This document shows positions 1-7,540 of a DNA stretch of 14,501 nucleotides, one piece after another. The stretch comes from Promethearchaeota archaeon (GTDB taxonomy: Archaea > Asgardarchaeota > Thorarchaeia > Thorarchaeales > Thorarchaeaceae). Position 1 is the first letter of the stretch. Each line of letters opens with the position of its first letter. The DNA is taken from the NCBI GenBank assembly GCA_027031765.1, contig JALVPN010000028.1, forward strand, positions 1-14,501. The letters run 5' to 3'. The translations under genes and the position numbers were made by a program. The notes beneath the pieces are model-generated. The model was not told the origin of the DNA. It worked only from the letters and a program-made list of their open reading frames with translations, and did no database searches.

Positions 1-663
1 ACTGTTCGGACCGCAGCCTTTCTTGCGAAGAAACGCACAAGGATGGCAGGAGTGTTTGCACGACTCTTCGCAGCTGCCCACGAGGCCGACCCCGACGGCG
101 CCAAGCGGCTCCTCGGCGAGATGGAGGACCTCAAGAGCCTCTCCATGTTCGTCGACATGGTACGTGCCGCACCAACAGTGGCAGAAGGGGTGGAGTTGCT
201 GGCAGTGATCAACGCAATCAACCCGCGTACTGCCCGGAAACTGGCGAAGGTGCTCTACGCCAAGAACAACCGCAAGAAGACCTTCAAATGGATCACATTG
301 AACTACCCGTTTGAGTCCATGGCCGTCTTCCTGAAGGTCATGGCCACTGTGCACCCCAGGGTCGCGAGGGATGTGCTGAAGGACTTCCTCTCTGACCGCA
401 GCCTCTTTGTATACGCCCTGAAGAACTGCAAGTCAGTAGAGGCGCTCGCAGTTGTGTTCGTCCTCACCGCCCGGGCTGCGAAGAGACAGGGGCGGGCCCT
501 GTTCAAGTACCTGTACGAAGAACACTTCCACGACTGCATGCCCATGGACGCATTCCTGAAAGAGCCCCGGTTACGGGAGACGTACGCGGCACTCTACTGG
601 GCCCTCAGAGAGCTCAATGACCGGACATCCATGATTGCGTTTGCACAGTCTGTCATACAGTGA
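1..663 (+). CDS. Hypothetical alpha-helical repeat protein (ARM/HEAT-like solenoid), probably 5'-truncated by the window edge
   Basis: Frame 1 has no stop from base 1 to TGA 661-663, so the true start may lie upstream of ATG 43. Codons are strongly G/C-ending, as in the thermosome gene. Amphipathic helical units recur about every 44 aa (P17, P61, P105, then K147, D193, counting from Met at 43). Confidence 0.8.
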   Translation, partial: TVRTAAFLAKKRTRMAGVFARLFAAAHEADPDGAKRLLGEMEDLKSLSMFVDMVRAAPTVAEGVELLAVINAINPRTARKLAKVLYAKNNRKKTFKWITLNYPFESMAVFLKVMATVHPRVARDVLKDFLSDRSLFVYALKNCKSVEALAVVFVLTARAAKRQGRALFKYLYEEHFHDCMPMDAFLKEPRLRETYAALYWALRELNDRTSMIAFAQSVIQ

Positions 664-875
664 GCTGGGCGGCACACTCCCGTGACACAGTCCGCCCTCA
701 TGTCCGCGTCCGTGCTGTGAGGTACACCCACCGGGTCGACATGTGTCACTCCCATACGCTAACACGCGGTCGCGGGTGCCACTGGCTGGACGGCGCAGTC
801 TCGGGCCGAAATGGTCTTCCTGCACCTGCTCATGCCACAACTACAGAAGTCCCACCAGTGTGTCGACCCGTCCCG

Positions 876-946
876 GACAACACCCCCTGTTGGCGCACTG
901 GCTTTATATCTGCCAGTCAAGTGCGTTGACATGCCGGGGTGTTGTC
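876..946 (+). other. 71-nt imperfect hairpin (11-bp perfect stem plus 12-bp stem with 3 G.U pairs)
   Basis: GACAACACCCC (876-886) is the exact reverse complement of GGGGTGTTGTC (936-946). TGTTGGCGCACT (888-899) pairs with AGTGCGTTGACA (920-931) using 9 Watson-Crick and 3 G.U pairs. Function is unknown. Confidence 0.65.
903..909 (+). promoter_or_regulatory. Candidate archaeal TATA box upstream of the methyltransferase
   Basis: TTTATAT is an AT-rich island in GC-rich DNA about 155 nt before the MTase start. There is no clear purine-rich BRE, and it sits in the loop of the 876-946 hairpin. Confidence 0.35.
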
Positions 947-1064
947 AGTGCTGGCCACAATGCGTGGGGCCCCTTCCACCTCAGGACGGGCCGTCACCAT
1001 GTTGTCGGATGTCACGTGGCGGCTGCCAGCAAATCCCCGGTAACTGTGTTGAAAAGGGACGGTT

Positions 1065-3560
1065 GTGATGACCCTGTCTGGCGACGGGCTGCGTGAGCGG
1101 GCGCTCGCACTCATGGATCTGGTGCTCCGCAGTTGTCGCCTCCATAAGGACTCTGACAGGGACAGCGCATACACCCTTGAGGTACTGAGGACTGTGGCCC
1201 TCAACGCGGTCATCTCTGTGTGCACAGGGCAGCCACTCGTCAAGGTCACTTCAGACCCTGACCTGGGTATTATGGAAACCTCCCCCGCCTCGGGAGGCGC
1301 ACCTGTGGCCCGCATCCGGTCAGCTGTCCAGAGAGCTGCGCGCGTGACCGATGAGCAGGAAGTCCACAGACTGGTGGGTGACCTGCCAGGTATGGCGTCC
1401 ATCAGGCTCCTTGAGGTCATCCACTCCCTTGCCGCATACGACGGCGTCTACGTAGACGGTGACAGCGTGGAGGTGACCGGCCCATCCGTCAGGCGCAAGG
1501 GCTATGGTGCATTCTACACACCACCAGCCGTTGCCGAGTCCATCTGCGAGGGCACCCTAGGCACCGCGCTCGACGAGGCCCTCGAAAGTGTGGGTGCACC
1601 TGCACGCGCCCGTGAAGTGGCGACATGGCTCTCCGACCTGACGGTGCTTGACCCGGCATGTGGTCCCGGTGTGTTCCTCATCGAGGCAGCACGCTGTCTC
1701 CTGGACCGGGCCCCGCTGGTCCGCGATACACTCGTCGACCATCTCAATGCATCCGGCTGTGACCGCCGACTGGTGCGCCTCTTCCACGACCCGGGTGCGT
1801 TCCGTGCCCTCACACTACGGTCACTATATGGCGTGGACCTGGACGCAGCAGCAGCCGAGATTGCCTCCGTGTGCCTCTCTCTCGTGACCGGCACTGACAG
1901 CCGCTCCCTCAAACTCCCATTCCTTGACACTGTGAAGGTCGGCGACTCGCTGGTGTCGGAGTTGCCGGTCGGTGCATGCAGCCCCAGCCGCGATGAGGTG
2001 CGCAGACTGCTGGACTACCGGCGCCGTGTGCGCAGTGCGGCCCACTGGACAGGGAGACGTGCGCTCGACCACGAGTACGCGGCCCTAGTCAGAGATATCG
2101 AGGCCTCTGTTCCTTGTGACTTTGGTGACAGACGTGCCTCAGTCCTCCTGCCCCCTGCCCTGTTAGAGCATGCATTCTCATGGGAGCTCGAGTTCCCGGA
2201 GGTCTTTTTCCGGGAGGCCACATATGGATATCAGCGGGCTGGGTTTGACTTTGTGGTCATGAACCCGCCATACGATATACTCAAGCTCAACCGTTCAGAG
2301 TTCATGCGCCTGCACCGTGGACAGAGTGGCGGGGTCACCGGGCCGGACGAGGAGTTCGAGGCCCTCAAGGCCCGGGAGCGGCTGCTGGTACGCTTCTTCA
2401 GGCAGTCAGGGCACTACCGGCTGTCAGTAGACAGTGTGCTCAACCTCTACCGGCTGATGATAGAACGCGCACTCCAGGTCACTTCAGAGCGTGCGCGCCT
2501 CGCCTTCATAGTCCCGTCGACCTTCCTCTGTGACTACTCTGCCCGGCGCCTCAGGGCCGGAGTACTGGAGAGGTACACAGTGCTCGGGGTCGACGACTTT
2601 GTGGAGAGTGCACGTGTGTTCGAGGGTGTGTCGCAGGCCGTGTGCATAGTACGGATTGACAAGACACGCCCGGGTAGCGTCGTCCCCGTGGCAGTCCATG
2701 ACTCTTGGCGACCACAGGTATCCCGTACTGACTACACCCGTGTCCCACTCCCGGTAGTACGCTCGGTCTCGGGCAGCAGCCTCGCAGTCCCCCGTGCCCC
2801 CAGTGAGGCGTGGCGCGTGCTCAAGAAGCTCCACCGGTGGCCCACCATTGGCAGTATCCCGTGGCTCCGCAACAGGAGGGGCGAGCTTGACCTCACCGCC
2901 CACAGGGAGTTCATCAGCCGCGAGCCAACAGACACTCCCCTCATCAGGGGCTCCCACATCCGGCGCTATCGTGTCGAGTGGTCTGAGGACGGGCGTGGGT
3001 GCTACGTCAATAGGGGCGCGTTCGAGTCGGTGCTGGGCGGTTCCTCCAAGCTCGACCACATCCGGGGCCCGCGACTTGTCAGCCAACAGGTGTCGAACAT
3101 GTCGCAGGTGTGGCGACTGAAGGCTGCGCTTGTTGGGCCGGGGCCTGTCCTTGCCAACTCGTGCAACTACATCTCCGTGGCGTCGGGACGAGACCCCACA
3201 CGCCACCTGCTCTTCCTCATGGCCCTGTTCAACTCCCACCTGGTCAACTGGCGGTTCAGGGTGACGAGTTCGAACAATCATGTCAGCAACAGGGAGGTCG
3301 CGCAGCTCCCGGTACCACCCCTTGACACCCTTGAGGGCCCTGCTGAGGAGCTTGCAGCCCGGCTGGTCGAGTGTGTTCAGGCCCTCTCGTCAGGCACTGA
3401 TGACGGACTGGAGCCCATGAGTCAGGCCTTGGTGTTCCAGCTGTACGGCCTGGATGTGGGAGAGGCGAGGTTCGTGATGTCCCAACAGGGCGCCCCGAGA
3501 GACGAGGTCGCGGCTGCCCTTGACCATATGGCCGCATTGTGGGGCATGCCATCCAGCTGA
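1065..3560 (+). CDS. SAM-dependent N6-adenine DNA methyltransferase, gamma class (Eco57I/TaqI-like core; C-terminus resembles the Alw26I/Eco31I/Esp3I-family m6A MTases)
   Basis: Motifs in gamma order: GAFYTP (X), VLDPACGPGVFL (I), LYGVDLD (II), GDSL (III), FSWELEFPEVF...GFDFVVMNPPY (IV), NLYRLMIERAL, AFIVPSTFL, VFEGVSQ. The C-terminal target-recognition region contains LIRGSHIRRY, QQVSN, NSCNYI, FNSHLVNWRF, SSNNHV and LYGL. Start is GTG 1065 or ATG 1068. Confidence 0.92.
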   Translation: MMTLSGDGLRERALALMDLVLRSCRLHKDSDRDSAYTLEVLRTVALNAVISVCTGQPLVKVTSDPDLGIMETSPASGGAPVARIRSAVQRAARVTDEQEVHRLVGDLPGMASIRLLEVIHSLAAYDGVYVDGDSVEVTGPSVRRKGYGAFYTPPAVAESICEGTLGTALDEALESVGAPARAREVATWLSDLTVLDPACGPGVFLIEAARCLLDRAPLVRDTLVDHLNASGCDRRLVRLFHDPGAFRALTLRSLYGVDLDAAAAEIASVCLSLVTGTDSRSLKLPFLDTVKVGDSLVSELPVGACSPSRDEVRRLLDYRRRVRSAAHWTGRRALDHEYAALVRDIEASVPCDFGDRRASVLLPPALLEHAFSWELEFPEVFFREATYGYQRAGFDFVVMNPPYDILKLNRSEFMRLHRGQSGGVTGPDEEFEALKARERLLVRFFRQSGHYRLSVDSVLNLYRLMIERALQVTSERARLAFIVPSTFLCDYSARRLRAGVLERYTVLGVDDFVESARVFEGVSQAVCIVRIDKTRPGSVVPVAVHDSWRPQVSRTDYTRVPLPVVRSVSGSSLAVPRAPSEAWRVLKKLHRWPTIGSIPWLRNRRGELDLTAHREFISREPTDTPLIRGSHIRRYRVEWSEDGRGCYVNRGAFESVLGGSSKLDHIRGPRLVSQQVSNMSQVWRLKAALVGPGPVLANSCNYISVASGRDPTRHLLFLMALFNSHLVNWRFRVTSSNNHVSNREVAQLPVPPLDTLEGPAEELAARLVECVQALSSGTDDGLEPMSQALVFQLYGLDVGEARFVMSQQGAPRDEVAAALDHMAALWGMPSS

Positions 3561-3709
3561 CACTGCACTGGGCGGTACAGTGTTGTCCTGTGGATGCGTG
3601 TCCTCAAGGGCGCCGGTCAGTCCGCATACCAGTCACATGACACCGCATCGGAAGCAATATCTTGTGCCCGACTCTGCACGGGGGCGAGACTCTTACAGGA
3701 GCTATGCCT

Positions 3710-4363
3710 ATGGAATGGGTTGTCAAAGAAGTCCTTGTACTCTCTCCACACACGGATGACATGGAACTGGGAGCCGCAGGCACTGTCCGGAAGCTTGTCA
3801 AATCGGGTGCACGGGTCACGTCTCTCGTGTTCAGTGATTGCAGGAAGAGTGTACCAGACGGGTTCGATGAAGACACATTGAGAAACGAGTGTGGGGCTGC
3901 GGCACGCCGACTGGGAATAAGTGACCTTATCATACAGGGGCTCCCCGTCCGTGAGTTCCCGCGGTACAGACAGGAAGTCCTCGAAGCAATCTATGACCTG
4001 CGTAGGCGTAACAACTTTGACCTCGTGCTCACCACATGGCATGGGGACATGCACCAGGACCACCGTGTTGTTGCTGATGAGACCCGTCGCGCATTCATGA
4101 AGACAACAACTACAGTCCTGGCCTACGAGGTGCCAGGGAACTGTCCGGGTTTCACACCACAGGTCTTTGTACCAATGACCAAAGAAGAGGTGGATGAGAA
4201 GATTGAGGTGCTCCACTGCTATGAGTCACAGGTCGCCCGCAGGGGGTACTTCAGGGTGGATGCAATCAAGTCCCTCATGGGGTATCGGGGCCTCAACATT
4301 GGAGTGCCATATGCAGAGGGATTCGTACAGCAGTGGGGTGTCGTCACGCAGTTCGTGATGTGA
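3710..4363 (+). CDS. PIG-L/LmbE family Zn-dependent N-acetylhexosamine de-N-acetylase
   Basis: VLVLSPHTDDMELG (HxDD) and DMHQDH (HxDH) metal-binding motifs, YEVP, and C-terminal CYESQ...RG...YAEGF. AGGAG at 3697-3701 lies 8 nt before ATG 3710. ATG 3704 is an alternative, and the ORF-track start at 3662 is probably too long. Confidence 0.92.
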   Translation: MEWVVKEVLVLSPHTDDMELGAAGTVRKLVKSGARVTSLVFSDCRKSVPDGFDEDTLRNECGAAARRLGISDLIIQGLPVREFPRYRQEVLEAIYDLRRRNNFDLVLTTWHGDMHQDHRVVADETRRAFMKTTTTVLAYEVPGNCPGFTPQVFVPMTKEEVDEKIEVLHCYESQVARRGYFRVDAIKSLMGYRGLNIGVPYAEGFVQQWGVVTQFVM

Positions 4364-4368
4364 CATGG

Positions 4369-4423
4369 CATGACATGATGGTGATGGCACTCAAGTGGCC
4401 GGTGTCACTGTGCGCATGTCATG
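4369..4423 (+). terminator. Long imperfect hairpin just after the deacetylase stop (possible terminator or 3' stabiliser)
   Basis: CATGACATG (4369-4377) is the exact reverse complement of CATGTCATG (4415-4423). Inner helices are 4380-4385/4404-4409 (with G.U) and GGCAC-TCAA-GTGGCC. There is no U-tract, so the terminator role is inferred only from position between convergent genes. Confidence 0.35.
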
Positions 4424-4578
4424 GCTCTTGCTGTCCAGACTGTGGTGTCATTCCAGTGAGCAGATGACCCACTGGACGTATGGAGTCGCGAGTTATGACG
4501 GGTCCTGCCCCGGTAGGTTGTCACACGGTGCAGTCCCTGCAGTCATTGTGCTGGTCCTGCAGCCCTCCGGGGGTCGTC

Positions 4579-5892
4579 CTACGCCGTACTTGGCCTGCCA
4601 ATGCCCCTGAAGACAAACCCTCGTCTTATGCACTCGTCCCTGTCGAATACGTGTCGGCCGTCGACGATAGTCTTGGTGCGCATGAGGCTGCCAAGCCAGT
4701 CGAGGTCGATATCAGCATATTGACTGTGTGCAGTGACAAGCGCGATACAGTCAGAACCATCCACTGCTCGCCGGAGATCCTTCTCGACTCGCAAGCCATC
4801 TATTTCCCTGACGTAGGGGTCGTGTGGCACCACGCTCGTACCGAACACTTCCAAGTCGCGGATGAGCGGTAGCGCAGGGGAGTTCCGCGTGTCATCCGAC
4901 TCTTCAAGGTAGGCCACGCCGAGTACTGTGACCCTGCTCCCAAAGACCTGTCGTCCTGCCTGTCTGAGGGCCTCCTCACACAGGTCGGCCATGTGTCGCG
5001 GCATCGAGTCATTTATCGAGCGTGCCACAGTTATCAGGTGCGGCTCGTACTTGCCACGTGCGCCAAAGGCAAGGAGCCACGAGTCCTTTGGCAGGCAGTG
5101 GCCACCCACACCCGCACCGGGGAGGTGCATGTTCCTGTTCGGCGCCCTGTTCACTAGCTCCCGCACCACGTACACGTCTACCCCCATGTTCTCACACAGG
5201 AGGGCGACCTCGTTGGCAAATGCTATCTGGACGTCCCTGTAGGCGTTCTCTGTTGTCTTGACCACCTCGGCAGTGAGGGCGTCGGTGGCGAACAGCTCTC
5301 CCTTCACGACCTTCCTGTACAGCTCCATGGCCGTCCTCGTACTGTTCTCGTCAATCCCACCAATCACTCTGTCGAGATGTACGAGGTTGTACAGCAGTTT
5401 CCCAGGCATCACTCGCTCCGGTGCGGTGGCCAGCATGAAGTCCTTGCCAGCACGCAGTCGTGACACTTCCTCAAGGATTGGGCGTACAATATTGTTGGTC
5501 GTCCCTGGTGCTACAGTCGACTCCACGACCACAAGCGTACCGGGGCTCAGGTGTTCCGCCACGCTCCGGGTTGCGGTTCTCAGTGCTGTGTACAGCGGTT
5601 CTCGTCGGCGAGCGTCGAAGGGTGTCTGCACCACGACAATCACATAGTCTGCCTCTGCTACGGGGCCATAGTCAGTAGTCGCCCGTAGCCGCCCTTCCCG
5701 GACAACCCGCTCTAGCAGTTCTTGTAGTCCTGGTTCCTCCCCTTCAATCGGCGAGACACCCGCATTCACCTTCTCGACCTTCTCTTCCATGATGTCAATC
5801 CCCGTGACATCAAGGCCGGCCTCAGCGAACTTGACGGCTACCGGGAGCCCAACATAGCCAAGACCGACAACAACGAGCTTCCGCGCACTCAA
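4579..5892 (-). CDS. wecC: UDP-N-acetylhexosamine 6-dehydrogenase (WecC/WbpA/TviB family nucleotide-sugar dehydrogenase)
   Basis: N-terminal KLVVVGLGYVGLP Rossmann motif, VESTVAPGTT, PERVMPG, KTTENAYRDVQIAFANE, PGAGVGGHCLPKD with catalytic Cys, and C-terminal LGVAYLEESDDTRNSP and DGRHVF. Start is TTG 5892 (MSARKLVVVG) or GTG 5901. The symbol is family-level; sugar specificity cannot be read from sequence. Confidence 0.93.
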   Translation of the reverse strand: MSARKLVVVGLGYVGLPVAVKFAEAGLDVTGIDIMEEKVEKVNAGVSPIEGEEPGLQELLERVVREGRLRATTDYGPVAEADYVIVVVQTPFDARRREPLYTALRTATRSVAEHLSPGTLVVVESTVAPGTTNNIVRPILEEVSRLRAGKDFMLATAPERVMPGKLLYNLVHLDRVIGGIDENSTRTAMELYRKVVKGELFATDALTAEVVKTTENAYRDVQIAFANEVALLCENMGVDVYVVRELVNRAPNRNMHLPGAGVGGHCLPKDSWLLAFGARGKYEPHLITVARSINDSMPRHMADLCEEALRQAGRQVFGSRVTVLGVAYLEESDDTRNSPALPLIRDLEVFGTSVVPHDPYVREIDGLRVEKDLRRAVDGSDCIALVTAHSQYADIDLDWLGSLMRTKTIVDGRHVFDRDECIRRGFVFRGIGRPSTA

Positions 5893-5926
5893 GTGATGCA
5901 CCTGCGCCGACCGCCCCGTAGTGTCG

Positions 5927-5937
5927 TATTAACCTTT
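5927..5937 (-). promoter_or_regulatory. Candidate BRE/TATA promoter of the dehydrogenase gene
   Basis: The minus strand reads AAAGGTTAATA, matching the archaeal AAANNTTWATA pattern, about 26-35 nt upstream of the GTG 5901 / TTG 5892 starts. This fits a leaderless or short-leader transcript. Confidence 0.55.
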
Positions 5938-6066
5938 ACTGAGGCCGGGCTCCGTGGCGTCACCTCCTTGAGCGACCTGCCCGCGCCTTGGGACGCCGGT
6001 ACAATGTTGTCGGGACAGTTCACAGGGGCACGGTACTTGGTCTTCGTGTCACGCGGCGCCAGACAG

Positions 6067-7440
6067 TCACTGGGCTGTCAGCTGCATGACCCGTCCATGG
6101 TCACGGCTGACACTGTCTAGGAACTCCCGCGCCCCCGCAGCACCCTGCAGCTCCAGCAGGGCCCTGTAGTAGGACTCCCCAAGGACTTCGGGGTGCTGGT
6201 CCATGTGCGCCCGCGTCACGTGTAGCAGTAAGGCAGTGCCCACGAGGCCAATGGTCACGACTCCCATCGCAGGCAGCAGGCCGTCTGGGACGAGAGCGAG
6301 GCAAGCGCACCCAGCAGCCGTCGCAGACAGCACCGTGTTCGCACCGAGGGCTGTGTCCGCACTGTGTGCACCGATAGCCCTCGCCCACAAGACCACCATG
6401 GACGAGATTGCCACTGCGAAGAAGACCATGACGGCCACAGTCCCGGCTGTCCATGTTGTCCTGCCGTTGGCTGCGTGTACGGTCTGCAGCACTACTACCA
6501 GCAGCAGTCCCATGACAACTATGAAGAGCCCTCTTCCTGTTATGGCAAGTGCCAGTCGTGCGTAGGCACTGCGGGCCGCCGCCGTATGGGGGCCATCATT
6601 GGCCGCCGGCTGTCGTCCCCGTCCACGGTACAGGTAGTCCCTGACGGCCAGTACTCTCTGTCCGAGCTGGTAGCAGTCTGGTGCGCACCAGAAGACAAAA
6701 CGACGCAGCAGGCAGGTGGACGCGATTGGAAGTGCAACGGCGAGGAGTACCAGTACCTGAGCCCACACGACCAGGAGCTCGGAGGTTGTTGGGAACAGCC
6801 ACATAAGGACCGTGTCAATGGTTACTCCCAGCAGGGTGCTCCCCAGCACTGTGACGGCCGCTGTCGTAAGGGCCCACAGAGGGAGGCGTGCCAGTAGCTC
6901 TCTCTGGCGTGCCCACAGCAGTACCGCGTCCATGTAGGTGCACGACACTGATAGGACAATAACGGAGATGACTGTGGTCGGATAGCTATGGTACAGTGCG
7001 ACAGTGCCTTGGGGGAATGGTCCGGTGAAGGCCGCGTACAGTGGTGAGAAGGGGTCCTGCTGCTGACCGCCGCCAAACGGGCCACTAGGGGCTGTCACAA
7101 GCGCTGCAAGGAATACCACAATAGTGGCCGCACGTACGAGTAACAGGAAATAGCCTGCACGCTGCCGCAGCGCACTGACGACCTTGGCCAGTGAGGGTGG
7201 CCCAAATGCCCAGATGTGGGGACTGTCTGTGGGTCGGAACGAAACCCCACATGCTATGCTTAGCGCTTCAAAGCGCTCCCTGAACTGTTCCCTCTCTGCT
7301 CCTTCCAGCGGAGTCACCCGTACATCCCCTTCTGGTCCAGTCATACACCTTGGGACTCGTGTGGGCGGTCTTTCCACGCACCCTCTCTCCTCCAGATGCT
7401 CCACCGTGAGTCCTACTCTCGCGGTGTGCCTCGTATGCAC
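6067..7440 (-). CDS. Polytopic membrane protein of unknown function (~8 TM helices)
   Basis: 457-codon ORF filling the gap between wecC and the GT2 gene on the same strand. It has two blocks of about four hydrophobic segments separated by a polar loop (RDYLYRGRGRQPAANDGP). The start is uncertain (GTG 7440, GTG 7404 or ATG 7344). Confidence 0.75.
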   Translation of the reverse strand: MHTRHTARVGLTVEHLEERGCVERPPTRVPRCMTGPEGDVRVTPLEGAEREQFRERFEALSIACGVSFRPTDSPHIWAFGPPSLAKVVSALRQRAGYFLLLVRAATIVVFLAALVTAPSGPFGGGQQQDPFSPLYAAFTGPFPQGTVALYHSYPTTVISVIVLSVSCTYMDAVLLWARQRELLARLPLWALTTAAVTVLGSTLLGVTIDTVLMWLFPTTSELLVVWAQVLVLLAVALPIASTCLLRRFVFWCAPDCYQLGQRVLAVRDYLYRGRGRQPAANDGPHTAAARSAYARLALAITGRGLFIVVMGLLLVVVLQTVHAANGRTTWTAGTVAVMVFFAVAISSMVVLWARAIGAHSADTALGANTVLSATAAGCACLALVPDGLLPAMGVVTIGLVGTALLLHVTRAHMDQHPEVLGESYYRALLELQGAAGAREFLDSVSRDHGRVMQLTAQ

Positions 7441-7540
7441 GGAAAGGCCGGTACCCTTGTACCGCCACTTGTATCTTTCGACTGGAGCAGCGCAGGGGTC
7501 TGCATGACTCCTGTCGGCCTTGTACCTGTGCAGTACTCAC

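Noticed and set aside
664-1064. SRP RNA, RNase P RNA or tRNA as the explanation for the intergenic structure
   Set aside because: No SRP helix-8 GGAA motif, no RNase P GAGGAAAGTCC-type core, and no tRNA T-loop (GTTCRA) or cloverleaf was found by eye.
660-1096. Short ORFs upstream of the MTase as a possible controller (C) protein
   Set aside because: None shows a helix-turn-helix pattern, and they are mutually overlapping with atypical composition.
2484-3281. 265-aa antisense ORF and other short ORFs inside the methyltransferase
   Set aside because: Antisense or out-of-frame to a motif-rich gene. No nuclease or controller-protein motif is visible, so they are not credible as the missing restriction partner.
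1065-3560. Type IIG restriction-modification fusion or BREX PglX
   Set aside because: The N-terminal region is short with no visible nuclease motif, and no brx/pgl genes are adjacent.
4480-4872. 130-aa + strand ORF downstream of the deacetylase
   Set aside because: Mostly antisense to the 3' end of wecC, with no recognisable domain.
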